Source of the DNA: Cyanophora paradoxa CCMP329
Taxonomy: Eukaryota; Plantae; Glaucophyta
DNA: 64,000 bases
NCBI GenBank assembly: GCA_004431415.1
Contig: QPMI01000032.1
Coordinates: 62,001 to 126,000 of the forward strand
Direction: 5' to 3'
The position numbers and the translations under genes are program-made. Below are positions 1 to 13,200 of this stretch, piece by piece (position 1 is the first letter of the stretch; the number at the start of each line of letters is the position of its first letter). The notes under the pieces were generated by a model. That model was not told the DNA's origin. It ran no database searches and saw only the letters and a program-made list of their open reading frames with translations.

Positions 1-549
1 GAGCCGAACCGCACGTCGAAAGCGGGCCGGTCCCCTGTCGCCCGGGCGATGACGCCGGCCCGCGCCGCCCCGAAGTTCCCGTCGTCTCTTTGCATGTGAA
101 TGACTACCGATATCTGTCCTCTACAGCTCTTTCGGCCTCTGGCTGGATGTCAAGGTTGGCCGCTGACTTGCAGGGTCCGCGCGGCGGCGGGACGCTGAAA
201 GAGGCAAACTCGACTCAAGAAAGTGCTCCCAGCCGGAGCAGAGCGACTTGGGCGAGCGAGGCCGACGCCCGCTGGTCGAAGGCCGCTTTGATCAGCGTCG
301 CACATGTAGCCCCCCGCGGCTCGCCCCCCTCCCCATTGAACTCTCGCCTCGACGAGCTGGGGTCAAGCGACCAAAGGACCACGCCCAGCTCGGTTTAGCA
401 AGTCTGCTGCAAGCGCTAGCGCGCACAGCCGACCGGAGCGCGGACGTCAGGTGACCGCCAGGTGACCGCGATTCTTCTCCTCTACGCTTTATGACCATCA
501 CCCCACCATCTGACACGTTTGACACGTGACAGTGTGGCGGCCCGCTTCG

Positions 550-2370
550 ATGCCGCCGAAGAAAGATTCCGGTTGCGGGTGCGGCCCAGGCTCGAGGTGC
601 ATCCGCTGCCCGTGCAGGAGCGAGGACGAGCTTTGCAGCACGTCCAGATGCGGCTGCGATCCATCGAAGTGTGAGAACAGGCGATCCGGCCCCAGGCCCC
701 CAGCCGCAGCTTCTGGTTGCGAGTGCGGCCCGAGCTCGAAGTGCATCCGCTGCCCGTGCGGGGTGGGCGGTGTCCCTTGCAGCGAAGCCGTGTGCAGTTG
801 TAGGTCTTCCATGTGCGAGAACAGGCGGTCCAGCTTCATGCCGTCCTCGAGAGCTGCAGCAGCTGCAGCTGGGTGCGAGTGCGGCCCGAGCTCGAAGTGC
901 ATCCGCTGCCCGTGCGGGGTGGGCGGTGTCCCTTGCAGCGAAGCCGCTTGCAGCTGTAAGTCTTCCATGTGCGAGAACAGGCGGTCCAGCTTCATGCCGT
1001 CCTCGAGAGCTGCAGCAGCTGCAGCTGGGTGCGAGTGCGGCCCGAGCTCGAAGTGCATCCGCTGCCCGTGCGGGGTCGGAGGGGTTCCTTGCAGCGAAGC
1101 CGCGTGCAGCTGTAGGTCTTACATGTGCGAGAACCGACGCGCAGCCGCAGCCTCCAGCAGCTCGAGCTCGAGCTCCAGACCGGGCGCTGCCGCCGCGTCG
1201 CGCGCTCCTCCCGCGGCCGCCGGGCCCTCTCCAGGTGATCTCCGCTCAGGTTCTTTGGCCTGCGGCGCTCTCAGCCTTTGAACTTCGTTCGCACCAGGGG
1301 CGCCCGCGGCCGGAGCGCCGGCGCGGCGGATGCACACGCGAGCCGTGAAGGCACTCCCCTCGTTCCCCCGCAGTGCGGCGCTGAGCGACGCGGCGAGCGA
1401 GCTGCGGGAGGAGCTGTACGTGAACGTGTCGGGCAAGCGGGACGTGGTGCTCGCGTACCGGGGTAGAGACCTCTACACGGGGAGCGCGAGCGTACCCTCC
1501 CCGCACGTCGACCACATTGTCGAAACGCAGGCACGTACCCCCCCCCACCCCCGGCACCCTCCTGACACCCCTCTAATCCCTACCGCCCTTTCCGCTTCTC
1601 CCCCCCCCCCCTACCCCTTCCCGCTTCTCCCCTCACCCCCCACTTCTCGTCACCCTTCTACCCCCCCCCTTCCACCCCCCCCCTTCCACCCCCCCCCCCC
1701 CGGCCCACCCCACACACACATCCTACCCTTCTCAAACCCTCCCTGCCTCCCCCATCCCCCACCCACCTCCCACCCCACCCCACCCCCACCCCGCTCCCCG
1801 CCCCCGCCCCCGCCCCCGCCCCCCGCCCCCGCCCCCCGCCCCCGCCCCCGCCCTCCGCCCCCCACCCCCCGCCCCGCGCCCCCTGCCCCCTGCCCGCCCC
1901 CCGCGTCCTCCAACAGCTCGTTTCAGGTCCTGGCGCACGCGATGGCGCGGGCGAGGGTACGCCCCTCGGACCCGGGGGTACGCGACCTCCGGGGGGCGGT
2001 CAACCTGGAGGACCTCTCGAACTACAACGTGACGAGCGGGGAGGTCAACATGTCCAAGGGGCAACTTTTTAAGTACTGGCTCACGCAGCCAATCTGCGAC
2101 GGCGCCGGGATCCTCCCCGCCGCCCTCAACATGAAGTTCGCTGCCGCACTTCTAATCGAAATCCAGCGCTCGCGATTAATGCTGTACCCTTGCGTCGTCG
2201 GCAGGTGCGAGCGCTTCATGCGGAACATCGGGAGGGGTATCGCGGACGCTTTCCCGGGGGTACACGCGGCGGTGCAGGAGACGCGGCGGGGCGGCGGCCG
2301 CGTCGGGGGGTACGGCGACGTGGCAGACGCGCTGGAGACGATCTTCGCCGCCATGGACATCGGGGACTAA
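550..2370 (+). CDS. Protein with four tesmin/KIF4-type CXC cysteine repeats and a C-terminal HNH-like domain (4 exons)
   Basis: ATG 550. Inferred introns 1235-1297 (GT-AG), 1531-1926 (GC-AG) and 2136-2204 (GT-AG) all keep frame to TAA 2370. Repeats read CxCGPSSKCIRCPC..CS...CxC....CENR. The C-terminus has DHIVETQ...NYNVTSGEVNMSKG, an HNH-like His/Asn/Asn pattern. Confidence 0.7.
718..1140 (+). repeat. 156-bp coding tandem repeat (three near-identical CXC units)
   Basis: TGCGAGTGCGGCCCGAGCTCGAAGTGCATCCGC starts at 718, 874 and 1030. Confidence 0.9.
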
Positions 2371-3686
2371 TTTATTGATCTTAACGGCTGATTATTCCGT
2401 GTTATGCGTTGACGAAAATAGCGCGTTACTATCGTTCGTTGTCGACAGTAATGAATTAAATTAAAGTGCTGTACATGTGCTGCATGCTTTATTTAGGGGC
2501 CAAACGCATCGGCCGCCACTACGACGAGTACCGGATCCGGATGTCACAGTGTACATCTCATGGAACCAGCTCACCCGGCCCAGACTGGCGGCCACTTATA
2601 AATTAAGGACGACTCCGTATACGACTCGGCGACGCCGTGACGTCGACGGCCGCGGGGATCGGGATTCCGTGCACGTGGGCTGAAGGTCAGTTCGGACCCG
2701 GCCGCGCGCGCGCGGGCCCCGGGCGCGCATTAACGCATCATGGCATGCCGTCGACGTCGGACCTCGAATTTCGAAGTCCGGGGATCCATACCTTCGCGCT
2801 GCTCCGGTCCTTGATCCGGTACGCGGCAGCTGCGGCGGATCGGAAGCGCCGCCGCGGCGGTGCACGTGACCGTCGAGCTGGTGAACAAACCAAAACGGTG
2901 TACGGCCCCCGGGCCCTGAAGCACCACGGAACGGGTACAATAAACCCAACTGACCTCCGAATCACCTCCGATCCTCCATTTCGGCATTGCGGCAGCACTG
3001 CCGCAGCAGAGCCCACCGGCATCCTTATCTCAGGTCCGCCGCCGCGGCGCGCCGCGTCCTCGCAGAGATGTCAGATCTAGCTAGATCTATAGCTAGAGCT
3101 CTGCTGCTAGCGCTCCGGTCACATGTACACCGGGTGCCCGCACTGCCCGGCCCGGCCGCCGCGGGGCGTGACGTGGCGGACGTCGACGTCGGCGTTCTCG
3201 TTGGCCACGTTACGCCTTCGCGATAGCGCAGCCGTTGCCCAATCTTATGCCTTTGCCTAATGGGCCGTTACCACGTCCCTGGGCTAGCGCCGCCCGGCCC
3301 CTTTGCCTGTCCGCCGGCCGCGGGCGCCTGTCCATGTCCGGGCGCGCGCGGGACGGGGCGGCCGCGGGGCGCTGACGCGCTGTACATGTTAACGTTCGTG
3401 GTCGGGGCGCTTCCTCAGATTCTCCCGTCGTCGGCCGGGGCCGTCGAACACGCACCCTTAAGCTTCAGCATGGCTGGCTACGTGACCTGCGGAACTCCCG
3501 GCTGGCAGCCTCTCTCCGACGACGTGCGGATCCGGATAGCATGCGTTCAATTTAAACTTGCGCGCGCGACGCGACGTCGGCCCTGACGCGACGTCGGCCC
3601 CGGACCTAACCCCGGGCTGCTTATATTAGGGGGCGCGCTTCCGTACTCCGGAGTAGGCTGATGGCCGGCGGCTCGCGCACGCGCAG

Positions 3687-4028
3687 ATGGGCGGGGCGTT
3701 CTGCTGCCCCCCCGGCGCGACCTCCGTCGGCATCGTCGGGGGGAACCCCGTCTGCAGCGGGCCCGCCGGGGTCGCCGAGGCCCAGCCGGCCTTGATCAAC
3801 GGGGCGCCATCCTCGACCGGCACCTCGTCCTCGACTGCTCCCGTTCCCGACGGCGCCCAAGCCTACACGCAGTACTGGCAGCTGGACGGCGGGGTGCAGG
3901 CGTACTCCGCGGACGGCTTCGACGCCGCCGCCGACGCGGACGCCCTCGTCGACGCCCCCGAAGCCGACGCGGTCCGCCTCGCCCCCGCCCTCGCCCTCGC
4001 CCCCGCCAGGCCGCCCCGTGAGGACTGA
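3687..4028 (+). CDS. Probable last exon of a small hypothetical protein
   Basis: ORF follows a GCAG acceptor, has GC3-rich host-like codons and ends at TGA 4028. Upstream exons not resolved. Confidence 0.35.
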   Translation: MGGAFCCPPGATSVGIVGGNPVCSGPAGVAEAQPALINGAPSSTGTSSSTAPVPDGAQAYTQYWQLDGGVQAYSADGFDAAADADALVDAPEADAVRLAPALALAPARPPRED

Positions 4029-4808
4029 CCCAAGGCGCGCGGCAGGCCGACGTCGACGGCGGGGCGGCGTGGGCGGAGGACGGGGCGGGCGACCACCTCC
4101 TCGCCTCCGATCTGCCCCTTGCCGCCCCCGAGCACCTCCTCTGAGCCCGGGGCCGCCCCCGCAGAGGGCGCAGGGCCTGGGGCGCGGGGCCGGGCGTTGG
4201 GCGCGGGCTGTAGAGTAGATCGAAGCTCGAAGCCACAGCCCGCTTCTCGCGCGGCGCCCGCCGGGCCAGTATACATACGTACCGCTTCGAATTCCAGCCA
4301 TATAATGCTAGCGCTAGTGTTAGCTGCGGCTATTCGCGGTCGCAGTACGTATACGTTGTTCTTAATCCCGCTTCCGAGGCTCGGAGACCAGGCCTAGCTG
4401 CAGGCCTAGCTGCGCCGCCCCGGGCCCGCTTCACCCGATGGATTCCCGGCGCGTAGATGAGCGTCAACATTTGCACTTTTATTCCATCCGAATCGCACAC
4501 TTTAGCAACATCGGATCATGTACAGGTTCGCGATCGCGACAAAAGGAGAAGCGCTGCACGCATTCGGCTTCGAAATCAGAATCCGTCTGGTCCCACCGAG
4601 CCACCCGGTCCCGCGGCCGAGCCTTGGAGCTCGATCGCGAGCCGCCGGGTCGAAACTCGGCGAGGGGCTGCGTGCACTTAGCCTCCTACCCGGAAGCCTC
4701 GAGGGACTCGCCGGGGGCGGGGGGGATGGGAGAGGGGGTACGGTAGCCCATCGGATGAGTGCAGAGCCGGTCGGGCGGGCGGGTAGAGGCTCGCGATCGA
4801 GCTGGGAT

Positions 4809-6000
4809 TCAACGGGGGCAGGGGATACACGACTTCTTGTGCGTCTTCCAGTCCAGTTTCTGAGTCGAAGTCATATGAGCCGCAGGGGGTGAATCTGGAG
4901 CTCAGGCGCGCCGGCGCCGGCACCTGGCAGTCGCGGCCGCAGTACCAGACCTCCTCGCAGCGGCCGCAGACCTTGAGAGCCGCGCCGCCCTCGCCGCAGC
5001 GGGCGCCGCACGCGTGCGCGGCGCAGGCGGCCGTGACGCCCCGGCCCTCCAGGTCCTCGATCGCGCGGGCCTGCCTCTCCAGCTCCTCGAACGCCTCTGA
5101 GGTAGAGTCCCGCGTCAGACCAGCGCGGCTGGTTGCCCGCGGCCGGCCGGCCGCGCGCGCTCGCGCACGCACCTTCGACGGTCTTTTCGCCTCCGAAAAA
5201 GCCCTCCTCCTCAAGAGCCGGGCCGAAGGTCGTGCACTTGACGTCGTTGATGCCGGCGCCCCGGCACCGCTCGAGCAGCGCCTCCAGCGACGCGCGGTGC
5301 GCCGCAGGGTCAGCGTTGCGGGCTAGCACGAGGACCTCCTTCCCTCCCGGGACCTGCAGACGGCTCAGAATGTCTGCGCGCGCGCGCGCGCCAGGGGACG
5401 TCAGCCGGCGAGCGAGCGTTGGCTGCATGAGGATGCGGGGGCCGGCGATCATCAAGCGCACATTCACAGAAGGGAGCTGCCGGAGGGCCGCGCGGCAAAG
5501 CCGAGGGGGGCACTGCTGCTCGGCCGCGCGGTTTAGGAACCGGCTGGGGTGCGCCTGGCTGACCGTGCGCCAAGCGCCCTCCCATCTCGACGAAGACTGC
5601 AGCTGTATTAGAGGGGCATCCGAACCGGGGCGGGGCGCTGCGGCAGAACTTGCGGTGGCGTACCGGACGAGGGCGAGGGGCGGTCGACGTGGTTCGGCGC
5701 CAGGCCGCGCAGGTCATTCAGCGCGCCTGCTCGTCGTTCAGCTTTCCTTTCTAGAGCGAAGCGGCTGGCGCGCGCACGCTGCAGGCCATCGAAGGATTGG
5801 CCGGTCAGGTCAAACGGAGCCGCAGGAACGCTCGGCGCCTCTGCCATGAAGTCGCAACCCTTCAGATTCATCTTAATGTTATAGTACCGACACATCAGAA
5901 GCAAGAGCTGCAAATCGCGGTTGTGCTCTTGCGCTGTCGAACGGATGACCACCGGGCGGCCGCGAGGGTCCGCAGGGCAAAGCGTGCTGTACACGGCCAT
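4809..6000 (-). CDS. MYND zinc-finger protein, paralog 1 (multi-exon)
   Basis: Starts MAVYSTLCPADPRGR. MYND motif CAAHAC...LKVCGRCEEVWYCGRDCQ splices to KLDWKTHKKSC, stop at 4809. Confidence 0.8.
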
Positions 6001-6331
6001 CGTGCTGCGCTACTGCAAGCGTATACGTACGTATACACCGAAAACGACACGCGCCAGCAAGCTTCGAGCTTCCTTGACTTGACCGTTGAGGTCAACGTTA
6101 CCCCTCCCCCCTCCCCCCCTCCCCGCCCCCCTCCCCGCGGCCGGCCCGGGCCCATGGCCCAGCGCGGCCGGCGCCTGCGCATGCGCGCGCATGCTCCCGG
6201 CCGCGGCCGCGACGCCGCCGCGCGGCCCGGTCCCTCACTGAATCGGCAGCTGCGAATTCATGCATGCTCAGGTTTACGTATCTGGTAGACCGTCGGACAC
6301 TGCCACATGTACATGAACACTAGTACTGTCA

Positions 6332-6670
6332 AAATAACAATATTAATACGAGTACTGCATACTATGATATCGGCCAGCGCTAGCCCTGACCCGCCACGGC
6401 CAGCGCTAGCCGGGATCGGAGGCACGCACGCGCACGCTGCAGGCCATGGCCATCGCCATCGATCGAGAAGGGCCCCTACCAGGCAGCCGGGTGCGCAAGC
6501 CCCGCGGCCCGGGGATCAGAGGGGTACGACGTCGACGACGGCGGCGCCGGGGGTGCCGGCCGGGGCCCGCGGGGAGGTGCCGGCCCCGGTGGCAGGGCCG
6601 GAGGAGGCGGCGGAGGAGGAGGCGGAGGAGACGGAGGGGGAGGCGAGGGGGAGGCCGGCAGCTCGAGCTC
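6332..6670. repeat. Diverged copy of 10291-10615 (3' end of the neighbouring large gene)
   Basis: Both sites share AATAACAATATTAATAC, CAGAGGGGTACGACG and CCGGGGCCCGCGGGGAGGTGCCGGCCCCGGT...GGAGGAGGCGGCGGAGGAGGAGG. Confidence 0.75.
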
Positions 6671-7086
6671 AACGGTAGCTCGGCAGCTCGCCGAGTCGAG
6701 TGGCTCTCTGATTCAACAGTCCTGACGGGCGCGGCCGGTAGTGGGGGCTGACTCGGTAGTGGGGGAGGGAGGAGGAGGGAGGGAGAGGGGTGGGAGTGGT
6801 GGTGGGGGGGGGGGGGGGGGGGAGGGGAGGGGGGGGGGGCGAGAGAGGGGGGGAACGGGCCCACCCCCGGCCGACCGGGGGCCCTGGGAGACGAAAGAGA
6901 GGGAGGAGATGAATGGAGAGAAGCGCGAGCCAGCCCAAAGCCTGAAGGGTAAGAATTCGAAGCCGGGCCCGGGGAGGCGAAGACTCCAGAAAGGGCAGTG
7001 GCCGAGCTAGAGTCCCCTGGGGCTGAGAAGGAGAGGCAGGGGCCGGAGAGCTGCTGATCGAAGAGCACGCTCCGGCGCGGCAGAGC

Positions 7087-8233
7087 TCAGTGGCTGCACG
7101 AATCCCTGTGCGTGTCCCAGTCGCCGACCTGCGCGGCACGCAGCAGTGTCGCTCGTGTCAGCCTCCGGCCTCACGATCAGCCGGTGGGGCCAGGCCGGGG
7201 GAGGCGCCGCACCTGGCAGTCGCGGCCGCAGTACCAGACGCCTCGGCAGCGGGCACAGGTCTTCAGGAGCGCGCCGCCCTCGCCGCAGCGGGCGCCGCAC
7301 ACGGCGCAGGCGGCCGTGACGCCCCGGCGCTCCAGGTCCTCGATCGCCCGGCTCTGCTTCTGCAGCTCCTCGAACGCCTCTGAGAAGTTCACGAAGTTAG
7401 AAACGCATACAGCGGCGGTGCGGCTTCGGCGCGGCGCGGCGCGGCCGGGCGCGGCGCACTGTCGACGTGGGTCGGGTCGGCAAGATCGCGCACGGCGAAG
7501 GCGCCCTCGTCGACGCTTCTGAGGCCGATGGCGCAGGCCGCCCCGTCGATTGCGACCCCGGCGCCCCTGCAGCGCTCGAGCAGCGCATTCACGGCCGCGC
7601 GGTGGGCCTCGGCGTTCATGCTGCCGCTCTGGACGATGACGGGCTTCCCGCCGGCCACTTTCAGGCGGCTATAGAGCACTGCGTGTACGCACGCGTCGTC
7701 GTGAGCACCGCGGCACGCCAGATCGGGTTCAACTTGGCAATTGCAAGTTCACGCGCACGGTTGCGGCAGTCGACGATGCCGGGCGGGAGCTGGCCGCTTG
7801 CAGCGCTCTGGCGAAGCGCAACTAAAAGAAAGCAACTGTGTCAGGGTCGGTATTCGAGCTAGCATGCCGGGGCTCGTGGTGACGCACCGGACATTGGCGA
7901 TGGGCGGTCGACGTGGTTCGGCGCTAAGCCGCGCAGATCATTCAACGCCCCTGCCCGTCGTTTAGCTTTCCTTTGGGATCGAACGAGCGGGGCGGGAGGC
8001 GCACGCTGCAGGCCGCCGGCGTATGGGTCGCCGATGTTGTAAACATTTGCGCTCGGATCGCGCGGCGATGCAGTCATGAACGCGCTAAGGGTGGGCTCGA
8101 TCTTAATCTGATAATGTTGAACGATCGCAAACATGGTCTCGAGGTGTCTGAGGTGTTCGTCTATCGTCGCTGTCTCCAGAACCACCGTGCGGCCGCGGGG
8201 GTTCGTCGGGCATATTGTGCTGTATGCGGGCAT
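7087..8233 (-). CDS. MYND zinc-finger protein, paralog 2 (multi-exon)
   Basis: Starts MPAYSTICPTNPRGR. CAVCGARC...LKTCARCRGVWYCGRDCQ splices to VGDWDTHRDSCSH*. Collinear with paralog 1. Confidence 0.8.
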
Positions 8234-8923
8234 TCTAGATCTACTGAGTGTGTCGCAAGTACACCGCTCCAGACTGCAGCTGCAGACACCCGGCCGCGGC
8301 GCCCCAATAACTAGTCTACCCCCCCCCCCCCCCCCCCTCTCCCGGCCCGCGGCCGCTTCGATTCGAATTCTTCCCACTCTAGATCTCCTCCAGTACTAGT
8401 CCCTCGGGATCCGAGGCTCCCGCTTCGCATTCCCGGGCCCCACCTCGCGCACCCCTAGGCCTGGTTCCCCAGCTCATGCAGCCGGCTCACCCCAGCTATA
8501 TTTTAATTTTAGGCTGCAGCTGACTCTGAGCTGCAGCTGATCATGATCATGAGCCGTACGCGTACGTATACGCGTGTAACGCCAGTAAATATAACTGCCA
8601 AAATACATGGTATACGTATATATGTGTATTTACTAGCAGACCGCGCCCGGGCCTGTGCAAGTGCGGCAAGTGCGGGCCGGGCGCGGAGGTGCAAGGGGGG
8701 GTACTTGACTCATTGCAGGGTACTTGGGGGGGAAAGAGGGGGGCGGGGGGGGGGGGGTAGGCAGGCGGCCGGGCGAGGCGGGCGGGGTGTCGAGGTGGGC
8801 GGGTGGGGTGGGGAGGCGGGCGGCGGCATGCGCATGCGCACCAGGCCAGCGGGCAGGCGAGGTCGGCGGCGGGAGGGGGCACGGGAGCTAGGAGCAGCAG
8901 GTGGCTCCGGTGCCGAGGCCTCC

Positions 8924-9345
8924 GCATAGCCTGCACAGGGCCGAGGCGTCAGCTCGCCCCAGAGAGCGGCGGCGCGGGGGTGGGGCCCAACGGGGGCGGC
9001 AGGATTAGGCCTAGGTGCGCAGCATTAGCGGCGGGGCGAACTTGGAGGCGACGAAGCGAGGCAGCGGGCAGCGCGGCGGGTGGGGAAGCGGACGGAACGG
9101 CAGGTGGCGCCGGGCACTGCGCATAGCCTGCGCAGGGCCGAGGCGTCAGCTCGCCCCAGAGAGCGGCGGCGCGGGGGTGGGGCCCAACGGGGGCGGCAGG
9201 ATTAGGCCTAGGTGCGCAGCATTAGCGGCGGGGCGAACCTGGAGGCGACGAAGCGAGGCAGCGGGCAGCGCGGCGGGTGGGGAAGCGGACGGAACGGCAG
9301 GTGGCGCCGGGCACTGCGCATAGCCTGCGCAGGGCCGATGCGTCA
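8924..9345. repeat. 197-bp tandem repeat, about 2.1 copies
   Basis: GCATAGCCTGC.CAGGGCCGA at 8924, 9121 and 9318; the first two units are almost identical. Confidence 0.9.
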
Positions 9346-10299
9346 TGATCAGCGCGCCCTGTAGAGCAGCGGCGCGGGTGCGGGGCCCAGCCCGGCGCGG
9401 CGTACTAGGAGCAGCTGCGAATACTGCGACGCCGCCACCATCTGCTACGGATCCGGAGCGCTGGCCGGGGGTCAAGATAAGCGTGCTTGTGCGTGGCGCC
9501 CCGCGGCCGGCGCCGCGAGGCGTGGCCGCCGGCGCCCCGTACTTGCTCACCGGCATGGCAGCTCGTCGTGAGCTACTGATCATGAGCTGGAGTCTGCTTA
9601 AATCGGAGTCCGCGGCCGAGCGACACGCCGCCGCGCGCCCGAGCGCCGAGCGAGCGGCCGCATCCGGAAGCGCACCGGAACGCGGTGGGCGCCTTCTTTC
9701 TGCACTCTCGAGCTCTTCTTTAGTCATTCGTCATCTTTCGGTGCTCTCCGCACTGACACTCTCCGAGGCCGCTAGGAGCGCATCCTCGGATGATCAGAGC
9801 AGAACTTCAGCGCCATTGCGATCGGTCGGAGCGACGCCCTCGTCCGGGTCCACCTCGGCGGCGAGAGTCGGCGCCGGCCGGGCGCCGCGCCGGCGCGCCA
9901 TGGCGAGAACGTAGTGCTGCGTACCCAGCAATCGGCGCCAAACTCGCAGGAGCTTTTTTTCCGGCGTCCGGTACAACAGGTACTTGAGGCGGCCTAGCGC
10001 GCCACGCGCCGCTTTTCGCACCCAGGCATGTATGACATAGTTTGTAGAGAGCATTGAAAGCGTTCAGGAGCACGTGGTTTGGCGCATATAGCGATAGTAG
10101 GTGAGGCGCGACCTCGACATGTTTGCGCAGCCCCGCCCTTGCATTTTTTTCCGCCGCTCGCAGCGGCTACGATGCGATCACACCTATACGAGAGCGCATG
10201 CAAAGAATCTCATCTAACAAAAATTGCTAACACAGAAAGTACGCCGCACCAATTCACCAGGGGAGCAAGGGAGGGGGTACCCCCCCTTGCAATAACAAT

Positions 10300-13200
10300 A
10301 TTAATACTCAATAAGCTGCCATATGCAAGGCGACCGGGCCCGATGTGACGGCGATGTGGCCCAGTGGCCCGCGCCGCAGTACTGGTGGTCTCCGTGTGCC
10401 TTGCAATTGGCCGGGAAGCCCAGGCCCTGATGGAGCCCGTACCAGCCGCGGCGCGGGGCTCAGAGGGGTACGACGCCCACGATGGCGGGGCTACCGGCCG
10501 GGGCCCGCGGGGAGGTGCCGGCCCCGGTAGCCGGGCCGGAGGAGGCGGCGGAGGAGGAGGAGGAGGAGACGGAGGGGGAGGCGAGGGCGGGGAGGGGTAC
10601 AGGCGCCTCGAGCTCGGGGACGACGAGGCCGGCGGCGGCGGCCTCCTCCTCGATGGCGAGGGCGGCGGCGACAAGGCCGGCGGGGTCCGGCGTCGGGGGC
10701 GCCGGCACCGAGAGGCCGGCCGAGCGCAGGGACCGGATCGAGGCGCCCACGACCGCCGCGGCGATCTCGCTGCGCTCGCCGGCGGGGGCCCGGTGGGTAC
10801 CGAGGCGCGCGCTGAGGGAGGCGGGGCGCCCTGCGGAGTCCCTGCGAACGAAGGCTGCGATTCAGCGAACGAAGGAAAGAGCGAACGAAGGAAAGAGCGA
10901 ACGAAGGAAAGAAGGGGTACAGGAATGAAAGAGTACGCGCCTGTGCTGCTCCATGGCAGCTAGGATGAAATCCTTGACGGGGCTCCTGGGCTCCCCCTCG
11001 GGGCCGTCGCCGCCGGCGCCTTCAGCTCCGTCCGCTCCGTCCGTTCCGTCAGCGGCGGCTCCCGTGTCGCCGCCTTCGTCCGCGGGGCGCGATCGGTGCG
11101 TCGATCGGTGCGTGGAGCGGTGCGTGGAGCGGTGCGTGGAGCGGTGCGTGGAGCGGTGCGTGTGGTTGTTGTTGTTGGCGGCGCCGCCGCCGCCCGGGGA
11201 GCGCCGCGTGGCCGCCTCGAGTATGTCCGCCTCGGCGAGGGAACGGGGCCGGCTGGAGGGCGAGGCGACCACGAGGGCGCTCGGCCGCCGCGAGGAGCGC
11301 CGCGAGCTGGCGGCGCCCATCGCCGCCGCCGCCGCCGAAGCCAACGCCTCCTCCTCCTCCTCCGCTGCTGTACCCGGGAGGACTACGGGGAGCGGGATTC
11401 CGGGCACGGGCGGAGAAGAAGAGGAAGCGTCCGCGAGGTTCGCGGCGCTGCCGATCTGCAGGGCCGAGGCCATCGCCTCGATGTCGGCCATGCGCCCCGC
11501 GAGGCCGAGGCCGAGGCCGAGGCCGAGGCCCGAGGCCGGGGCGGAGGCCGTGGCGACGACGGCGGCGGCCACGTCCAAGAGCGAGTCGGCGCGGGAGCGG
11601 GGCGGGCCGGGCGAAGGGGAGACCGATCCGCTCCGGACCGCAGCGGCGAGGGACTCGCTCCGCGGGCGCGACGACGTGAGATCCGGGGCCGACGGGGCGG
11701 CCGCCGCCTGGCGGGCGATGTCCTCCATCGAGGCGGGCGGGGAGATGCCGGCGCCGGCCGCCGCCGCCTCCAGCAGTGCCGTCGCCTCCCTGAGGGCCGC
11801 CCGCCCCTCCGCCGCCTCCTCCGCCCGCACCGACGCTACCGCCGCCCGCAGCGGATCCAGCGCCTCAGACGAAGCGGCGGCGGCCGCCGCCGCCACCTCC
11901 GCCGCCGCCGCCTCGTTCAGCGGGTGCGAGAGCGACGCGCGGCGCCGCTGCTCGCGCCACTCGACGCGCTCGGCCTCCTCCTCGGCGGCCGCCTCCTCCG
12001 CGTCCTTCTCCGCGAGCTCCGCCGCGGCGCCTGCGACGCGGAGGATGACCGCCGCGGCCTGCGAGAGAGAAGGGTCAAGGCGAGAGAGAAGAAGTGGAGA
12101 AGCCGAGACACGGACCTGGGCGATGCCGCGCATGCCCTCGTCCCCGGCCTCGGCCACCTCCTCCACGGCCTCAAGGGCGCTCTGGCACCGCTTCGCCAGC
12201 GCGGCTGTCCAGGCGCAAGAGGTGATGAGGCGGGGATTAAATCCGGGATCGAATCTGGGATCAAATTGCACCGTTGGCGGCGAGCAGCGAGGCGACGGCC
12301 ACGACGCCTGCGTCCCGCATGCGGGCCGCCTCCTGCCTCGCCAGGGCGCAGGCCACGCGTATCCCCCCGCACCGCACGAACGGGCCCTGCACCTCCGCTG
12401 CGCATCCTTTCGAAAAAGGAAAAAAAGAGAAAGAAAAAAGAAAAAAAAGGAAAACGGAGTACCCGAGGTGACGACGGCGGCGAGGACGGTGGCATGAACG
12501 GGCCGCTCCTCGCCGAGCTTGCAGGCCGCCGCGAGCTCGTCGAGCAGGCGCCCCACGAAGCGCGCGTGCGCCGCCCGCTGCTGGAAGAGCTCTGCTCAGA
12601 TCAGGTCAGATCCGAGGCCGCTCGCCCGTCTTAAGAAAGAAATCGATATATCTTAATGTGATGTGAGCAAGGAGCGCACCGTGGTGGGCGGTCGCGTCCG
12701 CGATGTCGCAGAGCGCGCGGTCGTCCACCGCGCCCCAGCCGCACGAGTCCGCGAGCTGCGATGGGGGGCGGGTGGACCGGGCTCAGCTGAGCTTCGTTCG
12801 CCCCGGGCTCGAGGCGTGGGAGGGGGGGGGGTACGCCGCTCACGTCCAGGAGCTCGCCCGGGCGGACGTGCCGCCCCAGGGCCGCCCGGCCAGCCTCTGC
12901 TCAGCGAGAAATCAGCCTCGGCCAAGCACTGGAGGGGGCGGGCGGGCGGGCGGGCGGGGGCGGGCGGCCCGGCGGACCGGTGGCGGCGAGGGCGGCGAGG
13001 GCGTACACAGCGGACACCTTCTCCTCGGCAGCAGTCGGGTCCGCGAATTCGTCTGCGGGCGCGCGCGCGACTCACTGAATCAGTGACTCGTGAGCGACTC
13101 TGAGCTGAGATGAAGCCGAGCGGGCGCGCATTGGCCGAGGGGCGTGCTGGCGATGGAGAGGAGGGTCGACAGGCCCCGCGCCGCGTCCGGGTGGTTCCAC

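Noticed and set aside
1531-1926. Extensin-like poly-Pro segment
   Set aside because: C-rich intron that splits the HIVETQ/VLAH motif; it is open only because it has no stop and its length is a multiple of 3.
9600-10200. Possible gene on the minus strand
   Set aside because: Only short frameshifted fragments without an identifiable domain.
10953-12634. Long + strand ORFs (514 and 512 aa) and many similar Arg/Pro/Ala-rich ORFs across the window
   Set aside because: Antisense or off-frame shadows expected in very GC-rich coding DNA.
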